A DNA stretch of 64,000 bases from Vicugna vicugna (GCA_013265495.1 MU058337.1:3714880-3778879); one strand, 5' to 3'. Positions 38,251 through 51,885 are shown, counted from the first letter of the stretch. The notes: generated by a model not told the origin, from the sequence alone. Translations and numbers: made by a program.

Positions 38251-41200
38251 ACTCAGTGGGGCCACTCAACCCACCCAACACGATGGAAGCAAAAGCATTG
38301 TGTGTTTGCTCCTAGACCACTTCCTTTAAAGATAACTGCCATGCACCTTTTATTTGTATCTTCATTATCTACACCTCCTTTTTACCACCAGAAATTCAAT
38401 CTGATAGTGGCTGCCTCAGACCACCAGCTGGAGGCGCGCACCACTGTGATGGCAGAGTGGTGACCGGGCACTAGCCTGCATCTCTAAGTTCACGGAACAA
38501 CACTGCACAAAGATACTGGCCTTCCTCAATCAAAACAATATGATTCCAATCCTTACTGATAAGTAATTTTATCACAGTCTCTAAAGATGCACAGTTTCTC
38601 TTTTATCTGTGTATTGCTTCTCATCAACCCCCACCTGCTTCATTTCTTAAGGTGTGCCTACAGTTTTACTGAATTGCGCCTTTAGACACCTTTCTTTTGT
38701 TCATCCTGTGGGTAGCCACTTCCAGCCCCTTCACTGGGATTTCTAGAAAGAACTTTTCTACCCATTAATTACAGAACTGCGTTGAGGCAAACCCTGATTC
38801 AATTCTCTCATCTGGGCTACATTCTCACTTTTAATTTTTGTAGACGCTACTTTGCCATTAAGTTTAAGCATGGCTCATGAGTTATACTAATTAAATTGTT
38901 CACGAAGCAAAATGTGGCCCAGGTGGCTTATAAAGCCTCCCGGTTGCAGGAGTGTTAAAACCAAACACGGCACTGTGGACGCTGTTGTATCCTGAGCGGC
39001 ACAGCACACCATCATTACATTCTGTCTTGCGGGCTTTCACAACATAGCGCGCTGTCTTAATTCAGTTTTCCACTTTGACTGTTCCCGAACAGTGCTTTGT
39101 GGAATCCCAGACTACAAGATACCAACTTCACCAGTAACAATGATCTTTAAGATAACAGAACAATTTAAGGAAACAGTATTAGAAATTGCACATCAGATAT
39201 ATCACTCACATTTTAAAATGGTTTCATATCAACATTTCCGAAATCATGTCCTCGTGGTAAGGGTTCAGCTACATATAAACAAGTTACATGTGGGGGGAAA
39301 AAGGAATTTTGCGATTTAAGAAGTTTAAGCAAGAGAGTGTTAAATAAGATACAACAGGTTTTAAATGTACGCGAGCACTAGATATGGCCGAGTGCGTCTC
39401 CGGGCAGCGGAAGCACGTGCGGTTGGGTGCAGGTTACATGGCATTTCTCAGACTTGTTGGACTAAGAATCCTGTTTCCTTCAACAGCCCATGCTCTGTGA
39501 CACACTGTTGGATATATGCTGTGTTGAATTATCAACAGACCTGACCTTCCGCAACCGTGAGGCAGATGTAGCTGCTTGGGATCTCGTAAGCCATAATGGA
39601 GTTGTGGTCATGGCATGGTTATCAGCAACTTATTAGTTGTTTTTTGTTTGTTTCTGTTCACCCATGTCATGCAGTCAGACTGAATAAATAGATGTGGTAT
39701 AGTTAAACTGATTGAAAAATGCTGAAATCATAAAAAGTCTGGAAGCTGGTATTAAACTCCAAATCTAACCATTCAGAAAATGCTAAGGCTTGGAAGACCT
39801 TTGAGAGCCTTCTGGGGCCAATGACTGTGCTCAGCAAAATCAGCCCCCGGGATGGGTAATAAATCACGGATGCTTTGGCAAAGATGTCAAATGAGGCATG
39901 CACTCTCAATAAAACTGAAGAGTTTAAAAACCTACCGCACAGGGAAGGGCAACAGGGAAAGATATTCATGGGCGGAACATACCTCCTGCGTGGCATTCTG
40001 TGCAAAAGACTGATAAACTCTTTTACAATGAAAGACTGATACAAGAGATGGCCTGTAGAAGGGATTTTTGTAGTTGTTTATTCTTATGTAAGACACCACT
40101 CTGACATTTTAATGAAAATCAAAGTCATTATGATATCTGAAAAATGATCTAACCTCACTGTGCACTGTATCTTGAAACACTTAATCGCTTTATCACTACC
40201 ATCCAAACAGCTGAAATTCATTATTGATGTCAGGCACACTTTCTCATTAATAGAGAGCCACAGAAATCAAAACCCACACTCGTGTGTGTGTGTGTGTGTT
40301 GGTGGGGGTGGTCAAGTATTTCAGTTCAAAATCAAATTTGAGATCCTTCTATTTTTACTTATCTGTAATCTGTAACCTTCAGAATTTTGGTGATTGCAAA
40401 GATCAGCAAACCACAATTTTTCTCTTCGAAATTTTCAACTGTTCACTTCTCCTTAGCATGAAAAAACTGTATGATTTCCATACTGCTTTTCAACAATAAG
40501 AAATTAAGTTTAAAAATATAGTGTGATTAAGGCTGTGCCTGATGGCCATTAGCAAAACAGGACAGTAGCCTTACATTTGCAAATTTTATTACTTCCTGGG
40601 CTGCTCACAGAAAAATGGATTATAAAGCTGCTTGGCTGTAAAGTATATAAAGTATATATGTTAAAGAAGGGGGCTTTTTCTCCAGGTTGAATAAACAGAA
40701 CTTACATAGTTAATTTTATTGAGAAATGCTTAAAAAGTCTTTGGAGAGGACACAAGGTACATTCCCCTTCTTCCTTATCCTGGTCTTCCTGGCTACAAAC
40801 TTACATTTTAATTCCAATCTTTTTCTCTCTACCTTAAGAGCTAGACTCTAGAACAGGTTATCTCCACTAAAATATAGAACAACCCGCCTTAACTCCCCAT
40901 GGCTCCCAGGGCTACTGCTGGACCAGTTAAAATTACTAACATAATGAAAACAATTTAGGATTTAGTGGGATGAAGGGAGTTGACCTAATGCTTTTACATT
41001 ATTTTTGGAACATGTGTTGAGCATCTTCTATGTGAGAAGCTGTGTAAAAAGTGTGGAGAAGAAAGTGACAAGGGTGATCAGTCCCTGCCCACAAGAAGCT
41101 TAATTTAATATGAGAGTCCGATGGGAGAACTGACCAGCCCAGTCTATTATGATCAGTCCTGTGGCCTCATCCCTCTATTAGATTTGATTCAATTCAACTC

Positions 41201-41380
41201 AGTTTGATTCAGTTTGATTTGTCATCCATACTCATGCAGCCCCACCAGGTACCAGATACCTTGACACTGCCACAACTTCACCATATCCATAGTGAAGCTC
41301 TGACCCAAATATTTTAAGTTTCCAATTTGATTACTTAATTATATCTAACATAATAATTATTTGACTATCAAGACCATATT

Positions 41381-41425
41381 CACAACATTGTAAACTGACT
41401 ATACTTGATTAAAAATATATATATA
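41381..41425 (+). mobile_element. Extremely 5'-truncated (~45 bp) L1 tail with TSD
   Basis: cacaacattgtaaactgactatacttgattaaaaa matches the terminal bases of the other L1 3' ends; flanked by aagaccatatt (41370-41380) and aagatcatatt (41426-41436). Confidence 0.8.
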
Positions 41426-41499
41426 AAGATCATATTGACCCCCTGGCCCTTTAAAAACTTTCCCCATATACTTGAAGTATTACTGGATACATAAAATGC

Positions 41500-42262
41500 T
41501 CAATAAAAGTAAGAACAGAAATCAATGAAATAAAAAACAAGCATTCAATAGAAAAATATTAAAAACACAAAGTTTGGTTCTCTAAGACAATAATAAAATT
41601 TATAAACCCATAGCAAGATTATTTAATAAAAAATAAATTTAAAGAATACAAATGAAAATATCATTATAGATACATATTCAATATATAAAAAGGAATATAA
41701 TGAAAAAGTATGTCAATATATTTGCTAATTTAGACAAAATAAAATTTCTTCACAAAAATTTTATAAAAACTAAAAGAATAATAAATAGAATTCTAAATAA
41801 TCTTACATCCATTTAAAATGAGTATCTTTAATTAAAACCTCCATACGAAAATATTTCCGTTTTCCTGAGGAATTCATCATAGCAGTCAAGGAAGTAATAG
41901 TTCAATCTTACATAAAACTTTGAGAATAACACAAAAAATGAAAGACTTATCAACTCATTTAATGAAACCAATGTAAACTTGCCAACCAAAATTTGCCAAA
42001 ATCTTTACAAAAAAGAGAAAATTGCAAGACAATCTTTCTTATTATTCAAAGATATAAACCCTAAATATTATATTTACAAAGAAAATCAAATGATGTATTA
42101 AAAAGAAAATCCATGATGATCAAGTAATTTTACTAAGGTTAACAGAAAAAGGAAAAAAATTCATGATCATCTCAAATTCAGTACAAATATTTGATAAAAA
42201 TAGATGCATATTTATGTTTAAAAACTTCTTAGCAAAATTAGAACAACAGGAAATTAAATTCC
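41500..42262 (+). mobile_element. Ancient L1M ORF2 relic
   Basis: agaacagaaatcaatgaaataaaaaac, tttggttctctaagac, aactcatttaatgaaacca, catgatcatctcaa, aaacttcttagcaaaattaga. Confidence 0.75.
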
Positions 42263-42284
42263 TTCCTATTATCCTAGCTTCTCC

Positions 42285-44460
42285 CTACCTTCTATGTGAA
42301 AACATCTTTGACCACTTAATCCACAGTTATCTTTGCTTTTTTCGGCTCCTGTTTTCTACAATAAACAGCTTATTTTACTTGCTATTCTTCCCCTGCACTT
42401 GCTTGTGTAATACGTGTTATGAAATTTAAATTTCTTGCTGTATTTACACGGTCTCTCAACTAAACTATCACCTCCTGGAGGTGAGGGACTATGAATAAGA
42501 TATACATTTAGAAGATAAAAAATAAAGCATTTTTCCTTCAACAAATGGAAAGTTGGACAATGTGTCAGGCACTAACATGTTAAGTCCTAAATATACAGTA
42601 ATAAGAGAAGAAGAAATTCAGTCTACTGGAGGAAACAAACATATAAATGAAAATAAACAATAAACTTAGTGGGCAAAGTCAAAGAACACTGCAATAACAA
42701 CAACAAAAAAACCCCTGTATTTGAGTGAGTAGTAAATATAAGTCTATAACTGTTATAGTTTAATAGCACTTTCTAAGATTTCCTGATGCAATCTATTTAC
42801 ATTTATTTAGCTGAATGTGTTTAGTTGATGTCATTGGGTACTTACTGTGTGCCTGAATATACAAAGATGAATGAGATCTGAACTGCCCTTATGAAAATCA
42901 CAGTCTGAGAGAGAAGTATGGATGATAATGAAATGTGGCAGGTACATTACAGAGAGAACAAAGGACAAAGACATCAGCTCTGTCTGAGGCATCAGGGAAG
43001 GATTACTGCAGTGACCATCAAGTACTCATTCAATCAATACATACTGAGTCCCTTCGATGAGCCTGGCACTGCGTTAAAAGCCAAAAGTTAAAAGAGAAAA
43101 CAAAATAGACCTGGGATTTTTTAATCTGGATTTTTAAAAAAATAGTCATTTAAAAGAAAATACAGTACAGAAAACAAATTATATACATGAGAAAAAGCTT
43201 GAGAGGCAATATAGTGGCTGAAAGGTCAGTTTTGGAGCCTGAATGTCCATATTTTATTCCAACATTAGGCACTTACTAACTTTGGGCATGTTAATCCTCC
43301 AATGTCTAATTCTTCTCATCTGTAAAATGTTAATGATGATATTAATAGCATATATCCCTAGTGTTTGTTGTAACTTTTAAATAATTTAAATGATTTATGC
43401 AAAGTATGTAATAAGGCAATGGGAACATAGTAATTCCTCAATAAAAACGCATACAAGCAATGTAAATATTCTAGGCAAGAAATTTACATAAGTGTTCATT
43501 GTCTGAGGAAGACTGCAGTGGTTTCCACTGAGCGGATGGATAATGGGCTGGAGTAGTAAGGTCTTTAAGTAATAGAAATGATGACCTAAGTCAGTAGCAC
43601 GAGAGGTGCAGAGAAGAACTTCTTCAAGAGGTGTTTCAGAGGAAAGATGAAAGAATTTAGTGGTGGCTCTCATGTGAAAGGACAGAGGGTGAAGAGTTGG
43701 CACTGGGAAACAGAATGGATAAACTGTCAGTTTTCCAGGACTGCCGTAACAAATTATCACAAACTGGATGGCTTAAAACAACAGCAATGCTTATTTCCCA
43801 GCTCTGGAGGCCAGAAGTCTGAAATCAAATACAGAAGTGGGCAAGGTTAGTTCCTACTGAAGACTCTGAGGGAGAATCTGGCCCGTGCCTCTCTCCTGAC
43901 TCCTGGTGGTTGCTGGCAACCCTTGGCACTCCTTGGCTTTGTGGATGTGGCGCTCAGTCTCTGCCTCCGTCTTCACCTGAAGTTCTATCTGTGTTCCTTC
44001 ACGTGGCCTTCTTATGAGGACAACAGTCACTGGATTTAGGTCCAGTCTTAATCTAGTACAGCTCATCTTAACTAGTTACAAGTGTGTCCAAACCCTGTTT
44101 TCAAATAAGGTCCCACCTGAAGTTCTAGGTGGACTTGAATGTGGAGGGGACACTATTTAGCTTACAGCAGAAGGTGATGCTCTTGACCAAGCACAGATGG
44201 ATGAGAAGGTTTAAGCTGGAGACTTGGAGAATGACCTCCATTTCATCACGTTAAGGTTTATGTACCTACAGAGAATCCCAGTGAATATGCCCAGTCAGCG
44301 ACTGGAATTAGGGGTTAGAATTCAAATGAGAATATCAGTTTGGAGAGAGAGATTTGGCAACCACTAATATTCAGGTGATAGTTAAAGTTATTTTAGTGAA
44401 TGAGATCTTTCTGTGAATATATCCAGAATGGATGAGAAGGAGAACAAGAAAATCTTCATA
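42285..44460. mobile_element. Cluster of L2 and MIR relics (MIR ~43205-43450) hosting an MLT1 LTR
   Basis: L2 tail motifs (cattcaatcaatacatactgagt; taaactatcacctcctggaggtgagggact) and a MIR core (ttctcatctgtaaaatg). Confidence 0.6.
43725..44166 (-). mobile_element. MaLR solo LTR (MLT1C-like) nested in L2
   Basis: TG...CA ends; ctgccgtaacaaattatcacaaactggatggcttaaaacaacag, ctggaggccagaagtctgaaatcaa, ttgctggcaacccttggcactccttggctt, caaataaggtc. Confidence 0.88.
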
Positions 44461-45850
44461 GGGTGAAAAAAAAAAATCTTGCAAACTTTAAAGTTTCTTA
44501 AAATATTAAGGTTTTCATACACTTTTCTTCATAAAGTATGAGTCACTGATGATAACTGTATTCAATTTTTAAATCCCTTTATAAACTCCTGATGTGATGA
44601 CCCAGCCAATTTTATTAGTCAAAAAGCAATAAAAGAACTTATAAAAGATGCTTGATATAAATGACACAAAACTCTTTTATGTTTGACATTTTGTTTCTAT
44701 TCTGATCAAATTAATTGTCATTTCTTGAATTATCTGCACCTGTATTTCATAACCATTATTCTACTAACTGAAAGATCTTTATAGTAAGACTTTAGACCTT
44801 AGCTTCTACCTTGTTATTTCCTACACTTTAGCAAATGAAGGAACTGTCATCTGTTCTATATATTCTCTAATATGCAAATAACACTACTGGCATGTCCCAG
44901 TTCTTACTTCCTTTCAGAGGTTGAACTAAGTGTTTCTACCAGTAAATACTTTATATCCTATACAGGATCGCATGCATATTGGGAGAAACTTAAAATAAAA
45001 AAAAAAAACTGATCAAGTCACCTAACCTTTCCATATCTCAGCTTCTTCAACCATGAAATGAGGAGAATAATAACTATCACTGAGTTTACAGGTTGCTAGA
45101 AATCTTGAATAAGGTACAACAGGTCAAAACCCTTTGTCAAGTGTACAGGGGTTTTATAAATGAAAGATACCACCAAACTAATACTGAGATGAAGACAAAG
45201 TTTAACAGAATGACCGTGATTCAAGAAGGTCCTATAATTACAATACTGTTTAGATATTTGGTACCTTTGGAACAAGTAGTCGGAGCGGTGGAATCAAAGG
45301 CTGAGATGACAGGGAAAACGGGTTCATGTTCTCTAAAAAGCAGCTCCAATAAATATGAGTTATCTCTCAACCGCTAAGAAATAGCACCATTAGATACAGC
45401 AGTTTGGCAAAAGGCCAAAGGTAGGGGTGGGGGCAGTCCAGGCAGAACACTGGTCGAAGCTTTAGGGTAAGGCGGAGTGTTAGAGGTTGTGCCAGGCTCT
45501 GCAAGTAAAGATCCCAGATTCACAGTCAGTCAGCAGTCGTCATACACAGAGAAACAGCAAGGAGTTATTTTCACTCTCTGAGACTCCGACCACTCTCCCT
45601 TCCTCATCCAACGTACAGAGGAAAAATAACTACTCAGCCAGAGAAAAGTTGCACAGTGGAGAAAAGCAGGGAGAAGCCAGGGCCAAGGGCTGGCTCCCTC
45701 TGACTGAGGACATTCAGAATGGATGTGATCTTTGCATACAGGGCCTCAGAAACAATGCTAGGTTCTCAAAAACAGCCAGCACGGAATAGCAAGACAGGCC
45801 AAGTTGATGGATATGCAAACAGGACAGAGTGTGATTAAAAAAGAATAAGA

Positions 45851-46475
45851 AAAGATACATGCGCCCCAATGTTCACAGCAGCACCATATACAGTAGCCAA
45901 GATATGGAAGCAACCTATCCGACAGATGACTGGATAAAGAAGTTGTGGTATTTACAATGGATTCCTACTCAGCCATTAAAAAAAAAAAAAATCCATTCGC
46001 AGCAACAGGGCTGGAGCTAGAGATCATTATTCTATGTGAAGTAAGCCAGAAAGAGAAAGAAGAATATCATATGAATTCACTCATATGTGGAATATAAAAA
46101 CAAAACAAAAATGAAGAAAGAAAGAAAAAAGGGGACACTAGTGAACTCATCTACAAAACAGAAACAGACTCAGACATAGTAAACAATCTTACGGTTACCA
46201 GGGGAAAGAGGGGGGGGAGGAATACATTTGGGAGTTTGAGATTTGCAAATTTTAGCTACTACATATAAAAATAGATTTAAAAATTTCTTCTCTATAGCAC
46301 AGTAAACTATATTCAATATCTTGTAATAACCTCTAATGAAAAAGAATATGAAAACCAATACATGTATGTATATGCATGATGGGGACATTGTGTTGTACAC
46401 CAGAAATTGACACACTGTAACTGGCTATATTTCAACAAAAAAATTCTCTGTAATCCACAACTGAAAAAAAAAAAA
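45851..46475 (+). mobile_element. LINE-1 3' end (degraded ORF2 C-terminus plus 3'UTR), intermediate-age lineage-specific family
   Basis: gatacatgcgccccaatgttcacagcagca, gactggataaagaagttgtggta, gtgaagtaagccagaaagagaaaga; 3'UTR homologous to 59235-59458. Confidence 0.92.
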
Positions 46476-46511
46476 GAAATGATAAAGAAAATGGTCAAAT
46501 ACTGTATAGTC

Positions 46512-46720
46512 TCTGTGGAGTTAGTGCATGGACCAAATGCGCCCTGCTCCTGTTTTTGTAAATAGTTTTACTAGACACAGCCAAATGCATCATTTATGCA
46601 TTGTTACAGCCACTTCTGCAGCATGTGGCAGAGCTGGGTTTTGGGGACAAAAAACATATGGCCTGCAAAACAAATATATGTACAACCTTCCCTTTACAGA
46701 AAAAAGTCCCCTAACCTCTG
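46512..46720 (-). mobile_element. hAT-Charlie MITE (MER58A-like)
   Basis: cctgtttttgtaaatagttttactagacacagcca...ggcagagctggg...ccctttacagaaaaaagtcccctaacctctg. Confidence 0.8.
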
Positions 46721-47329
46721 TGTTAGAGGAATAGAAGCAGCACAATATTACAGGGAGTAGAAAATCTCACCCAGGGCATGAGTGGGATTTGATGCAGGAT
46801 ATGGGGGACACTTGGACCAAGTAAACAAAACAATAACAACATATATTCATCTTATTATTTGAAATGAATTGAGAACAGATGGGTAAAAGACAGCTATTTG
46901 ATATCCTCATTTCTGGATTTTCTCACAAACACCATCTAAAATAAGCATTTGAGCTAGATGATCTCTAGAGCCCATTCAGGCCTGAACGTCCACGACTGCA
47001 AGCATTTCCCAGTATCTCCTAGAGTAAGTGCTTTGCTACTCAGCAGGAAAGATTACTTATCTCATTTATTTTCTTATAAACCAAAGGGAAGAAGCACTGA
47101 CCATTAAACTTTTTTTTTTCTATATAACACTTCTTGATTTAAAAAGTTGGTTCTTGTAGAAAAGGCCTTTTAAATATCTTGAATCATAGGGAAAAGTAAA
47201 TTGGGAACTTTATTCACATTCATATGAAAAGGAAGTTATGTGTATGAAGTGGGTAAACGTGTTAAAAGAGGAAAATAAGCATTTTTCAACTGTGCATCCA
47301 AGAATCTAAAGTCACATCACCCTCACCTC

Positions 47330-48128
47330 ATCCCCACACCCCCTCTCTCCCATGTCCCCTATCTCAGTAAATGGCAACATTTTTTACTTAGTGACCCAGG
47401 CAAGGAACCCAGAAGTCGCTTTGAATTGTTTCTTACTCTGCAGCAACTCCCAGAGCATCTAACAATCAGGGCTCCAAGCCCTCGTCAGTATCTCCAATAT
47501 CTCCAACTCTGTCCATCTCCACTGCTACTCCACTGACTAGGTTTAATCCCCCACCCCTTCTTTGCTTAGTATCACAGCTCCCTTCCTGGTTACACCAACA
47601 ATGGCCAATTCGTTTGATTAATTATTAAAATGCACTGCTATTCGAATAAACTGCAAATTCCCTTAAATGATTTTTTTCAAGGTCCTTCATGATCCCATCC
47701 TGTGTTTTAACTCATTCATTCTTCTGATCACTTAACCTTCTTCATTCACTTACTTGGTCACCACTCATGGGATACTGCATCCTGTGGGTCTAATGACTTG
47801 TCCACACACCCACCTGTCCACACTCAACCGTGATTATTCAGAAGTCAACTTAAAGCTGTCATCCCTTCAAGACCATGAACAAGGTCTAAGTACCCATACT
47901 GAGCAGCCAGCATAAGCCTGGTTTAATTCATATCCTAACACAAGCAATACTGTGTTGCCATGTGTCTCATATCTACCTGAGCTCCCAGGAAAGACATTAT
48001 GCTTCCGAAATACAAAATCTGTGCCTTATTTCTTTCTCTCTTTACGCCCAGCACATGATAGAGTGCCTGACTTGTAGAAGGCAATAAAAAAAAATAGTTG
48101 CTGAAGAAAAATAAATGAATAAATAAGT
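47330..48128 (+). mobile_element. L2 3' region relic
   Basis: ccctatctcagtaaatggcaac, tccatctccactgctact, gcccagcacatgatagagtgcctgacttgtagaaggc; tail aaatgaataaat. Confidence 0.7.
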
Positions 48129-48719
48129 CACTGACATATTTAAAAACAGAATGTGAAAATTTCACTAGAAAATAAAAGGCTGAAAAAATAGCCAATTTGA
48201 AAAGTGATATTCTATGAGCATGATAAGAAAAATAGTTATAAACAGTATATGTGTTTAAAACAGTGTAATTATGCAATCTATCACAATCATTTTACTAAAA
48301 TGATTTCTTAAAGCAATTTAAATAGCTTTAAGATGGGAAAAATAAACAATTCAACATCAGTTCTAAGCAGGCAGCAAACAAACAAGCATGCACAAAAATC
48401 ACATGTGTATCCATACAAAAATCTCAAAGAATTTGACATGAATTAGGAAATTTTAAAAAATAATCATAAACCCTATCCATTGAGAAAGCAAGGAGTGAAT
48501 CAACCGTGGACACTAATTATCAAATGAAACACCAGCATATAGAATCCATCCCTTCACTTAAGTGTCACTAGGCAGCATGAGGGAGGGGCAAAGAAAAGGA
48601 GAAAGGGAGGTGGGGGAGGGAGGAGAAAGAGTGGGAATTAGGAAAGAAAGATGGAGGATAATATTCATATCCCAAGCTTGTTTAATATGGCAGAATTATT
48701 TTAAGGTAATTCATATCTA

Positions 48720-48862
48720 CCAAGGTTTCTTATAGCTTTTTGTGGCCTGGATTCCTTTTGCAGTCTGGTGAATTCTACGAGCCTCAACTTAGAATGTTGT
48801 TTTAATGCATAAAATAGCATACATGGGAATGTCAACCAATCACACTGCAATACTGTTCTTAG
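48720..48862. mobile_element. Possible hAT-Charlie relic
   Basis: ggattccttttgcagtctggtgaattcta...agaatgttgttttaatgcataaaata resembles old Charlie elements. Confidence 0.4.
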
Positions 48863-50399
48863 CCCTAAATTAGATGCAAGGTAGAAATTATTTAAATGAA
48901 GAACAACCTTGTTCCTTGAGTCAAAGATTCCATTTTATCAACAGTGAATATGAAGTATACAAATGAGGTATTTTGTTTCTCTGTATCACTGAGTCAGTCT
49001 GGGGAGTACTGAAATAATAATGAGTAATGACAGTGTCTGAAACATCTTGCTAGCATGCATCTAAGCCCCACTAATCCACATGCCTGTCTTTATCTAATTG
49101 AATCTCAGACTTACCCTAACTAAACTCATCTCTTGATGCCCACAGGCACCTGATTATAGTTACAGAGATTACATTGGTCGAAGGCACAGCAAAAGCATTA
49201 GTCCTAAGAGATTATGAAGAAAACAGTAGCACATTATTTCTAGTTATCAACAGCCATACAAAGTTCTTGAATGCGTGGCTTATATCTTACATGATGTGTT
49301 AGCATAATGCATAAGTGCAGCAATGCATCCACATGAATTGAGGAAAAGTCCCTGTGCTTTTCTCTACATGCATTACTACTACTACCATTTTACCTATTAA
49401 AATTTACTCTTTGACATTGATATCATGCAACTTAGGTAAATTATAAATAGGCATGGCTAGTTCCTCAAAACAGACACACAAAAATATAACTCAGCATATT
49501 AAAATGTAGGGGAACAGCTCATTAACCACATAGAAAAAAATAAAATTAGATCTTCACCCTACACAATAGATCAAGAAACAAATTTTAATGAATTATAGCA
49601 GTAAGTATAAAAATACAACTAAAAATAAATAAAAATACAAACTAAAAAAATTAGTACATATCTACTTAGCTGATAGAAAATATCCAGCGGCATTCTGAGC
49701 AAAGACCTTAACGCAAAAGGAAGTTAATAGAGTTAACAATATAAAAAAATTTGCTTAAAAAGTTAAAAATCAGTGTCAAATAAGGTACATCATTTGTATG
49801 AATATTACACATGGTACTATGTTCAAAATAAAAAGATATTTCACAAGCTACTCAGAAAAGAATGATTCAACTAATAAAAAAACAAGTGAGGAAAAAATAG
49901 GCCATTCACAGCAAACTATATAAACTTATCAGTGTTAAATTCCATCTTAGGGATTTTTTTTTAGTTCACATTTAAACTAAAGTTCATTTTTGTCTCAGAA
50001 AAAATATTTTTAGACCCTAACTTTCACAGTCGGCCTGGAAAAGAAGAGACGTATTTGTTGGTGCAGCTAATATGACGACATGAACCAACGGCAGTAGAAT
50101 ATTAACTCGATGGTCATAATTTATATTGAGAATAATCAGAGGTGTAAAAAAGGATTATATACAAAGATATTCATCACTAAAAGATAGAATAATATGGAGA
50201 ACTTTAAAAAGAGAAGAAAATGTGCTCATTATATACATGAAAAGAACAGACTGAAAAAAGTGTGTAATTATAATTATGTAGAGAGAAGACTAGGAAGATG
50301 CACATCAGAATATCAAGTGAGAGTTATGCTTTCAATCAAAGTGGGAAAACAAGCAAATTTATCCTCACATTTGAAAGAACTAAATATTACAACAAAATA

Positions 50400-50504
50400 C
50401 AGAACGAGTGTATGTATGTATATGCATGACTTGGACATTGTGCTATACACCAGAAATTGACACTTTGTAACTGATGGTACCTCAATAAAAAAATAAAATG
50501 AAAA
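50400..50504 (+). mobile_element. Short 5'-truncated L1 tail with 12-bp TSD
   Basis: gtatgtatatgcatgacttggacattgtgctatacaccagaaattgacac...aataaa; TSD tacaacaaaata at 50388-50399 and 50505-50516. Confidence 0.9.
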
Positions 50505-51489
50505 TACAACAAAATAAATGAAAGAACATCTCTCAAAACATTAGGTACTGGGCAAGGAAGGACAGTGGTTTCTAAGAAACGGGAAGCTGGGAAGTGAGTA
50601 AGATTGCTCCCACTCACTATTTGGAGAACGTTTCCAGGCCACAGTGCAGGGAAGGCAGACAGTCACAGCCAGGAGTGGAATGGCCAAAACTGGGTGTCCA
50701 ACAAAGCCAACTAGCCTCTGTCTGTTAGACAGAGGCCCTACCATCTGAGAGAGGAGAGAGCTGCCTGGGGAAAGGAGCTGCTGGATCTGGAGGGGCTCCC
50801 TCAAGAGTTCCGCTGACTGCTGTTGATCAGTGAGTACATATGAAGGAACTACCTGGGACCCAGGAAAGAAATACCTGAAAGCATCAAAGGGAACTGTCCC
50901 TGGAGTCCCAAGACAGCAAGGAACAGTGCCTGCACCCAGCGGTCACAGTCATGAACATCAGTCAGAGGCCATTGGTGCAAGTGCTAAGAAGGGACGTGTC
51001 TCAGGAGAGGGAAGAAGGCCCGGTCCCATTTAACAAAGCCTTTAAAGGAAGATGTGAAAAAACCGAACTGTTCCCAAGTGACTAAACCCTGTCTAGTACC
51101 AAATTCTAGAGTACTGGAAATACAAAGGTACCTACAGGACTGCAGTCCATCCACCTCGTTCAGCAGCCAGTCAAAAATTACAAGGCAAACAAAAAAGCAG
51201 GAAAACATCAGCCATAATGATAAAAATCAATCAATTGAAACAGGTCCAGAAACAACAGAGATAATAGAATTAGGAGACAAGAACATTAAAATGGTTTTTA
51301 CTAGTGTATCCCATATGTTCAAACAGACAGAGAAAAGAATAAACATTTCAAGAGTTGAGGAGATAGAAAAAGACCCAAATTGAATTTCTGAGCTAAAAAT
51401 TACAATGTCAGCAGGGAAAACACACTGGATGGGATTGATGGCAGATTAAACACAGCAGAGGAATAGATTAGTGAGCTTGATGTTTAGTT

Positions 51490-51885
51490 TTGATTAGCTT
51501 TCTATTGATGTTGTAACAAATTACCACAAACTCAGTGGCTTACTACACACACACATTTATCATCTTACAGCTCCATAGGTCAGAGGTCCAACACAGGGTT
51601 AATATTAAGGTGCTGGAAGGACCAGTCTCCTTCTGGAGGATTTTTAAGAGAATCTTCTTGCCTCTTCCAGCTACTAGAAGCTACACTCATTTCTTGGTTC
51701 ATAGTCCCTTCTTCTTTCTCAAATCCAGAAATATGTTGAATTTATCTCATCTTCCACGTCAATGATCTATTCTTCTGCCTCCTTCTACCATTTTTTAATA
51801 CTTCATGAGATTAAAGCGAGTCCCCTAGATAAACCAATATAATCACCTTATTTTAAAGTCATTTGAATAGAAATATTAGTTCTAT
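51490..51885 (-). mobile_element. MaLR LTR (MLT1D-like) nested in L1
   Basis: gtaacaaattaccacaaactcagtggctta, catttatcatcttacagctcc, ttgcctcttccagctactagaagct, ctagataaaccaatataatcaccttattttaaagtca. Confidence 0.82.
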
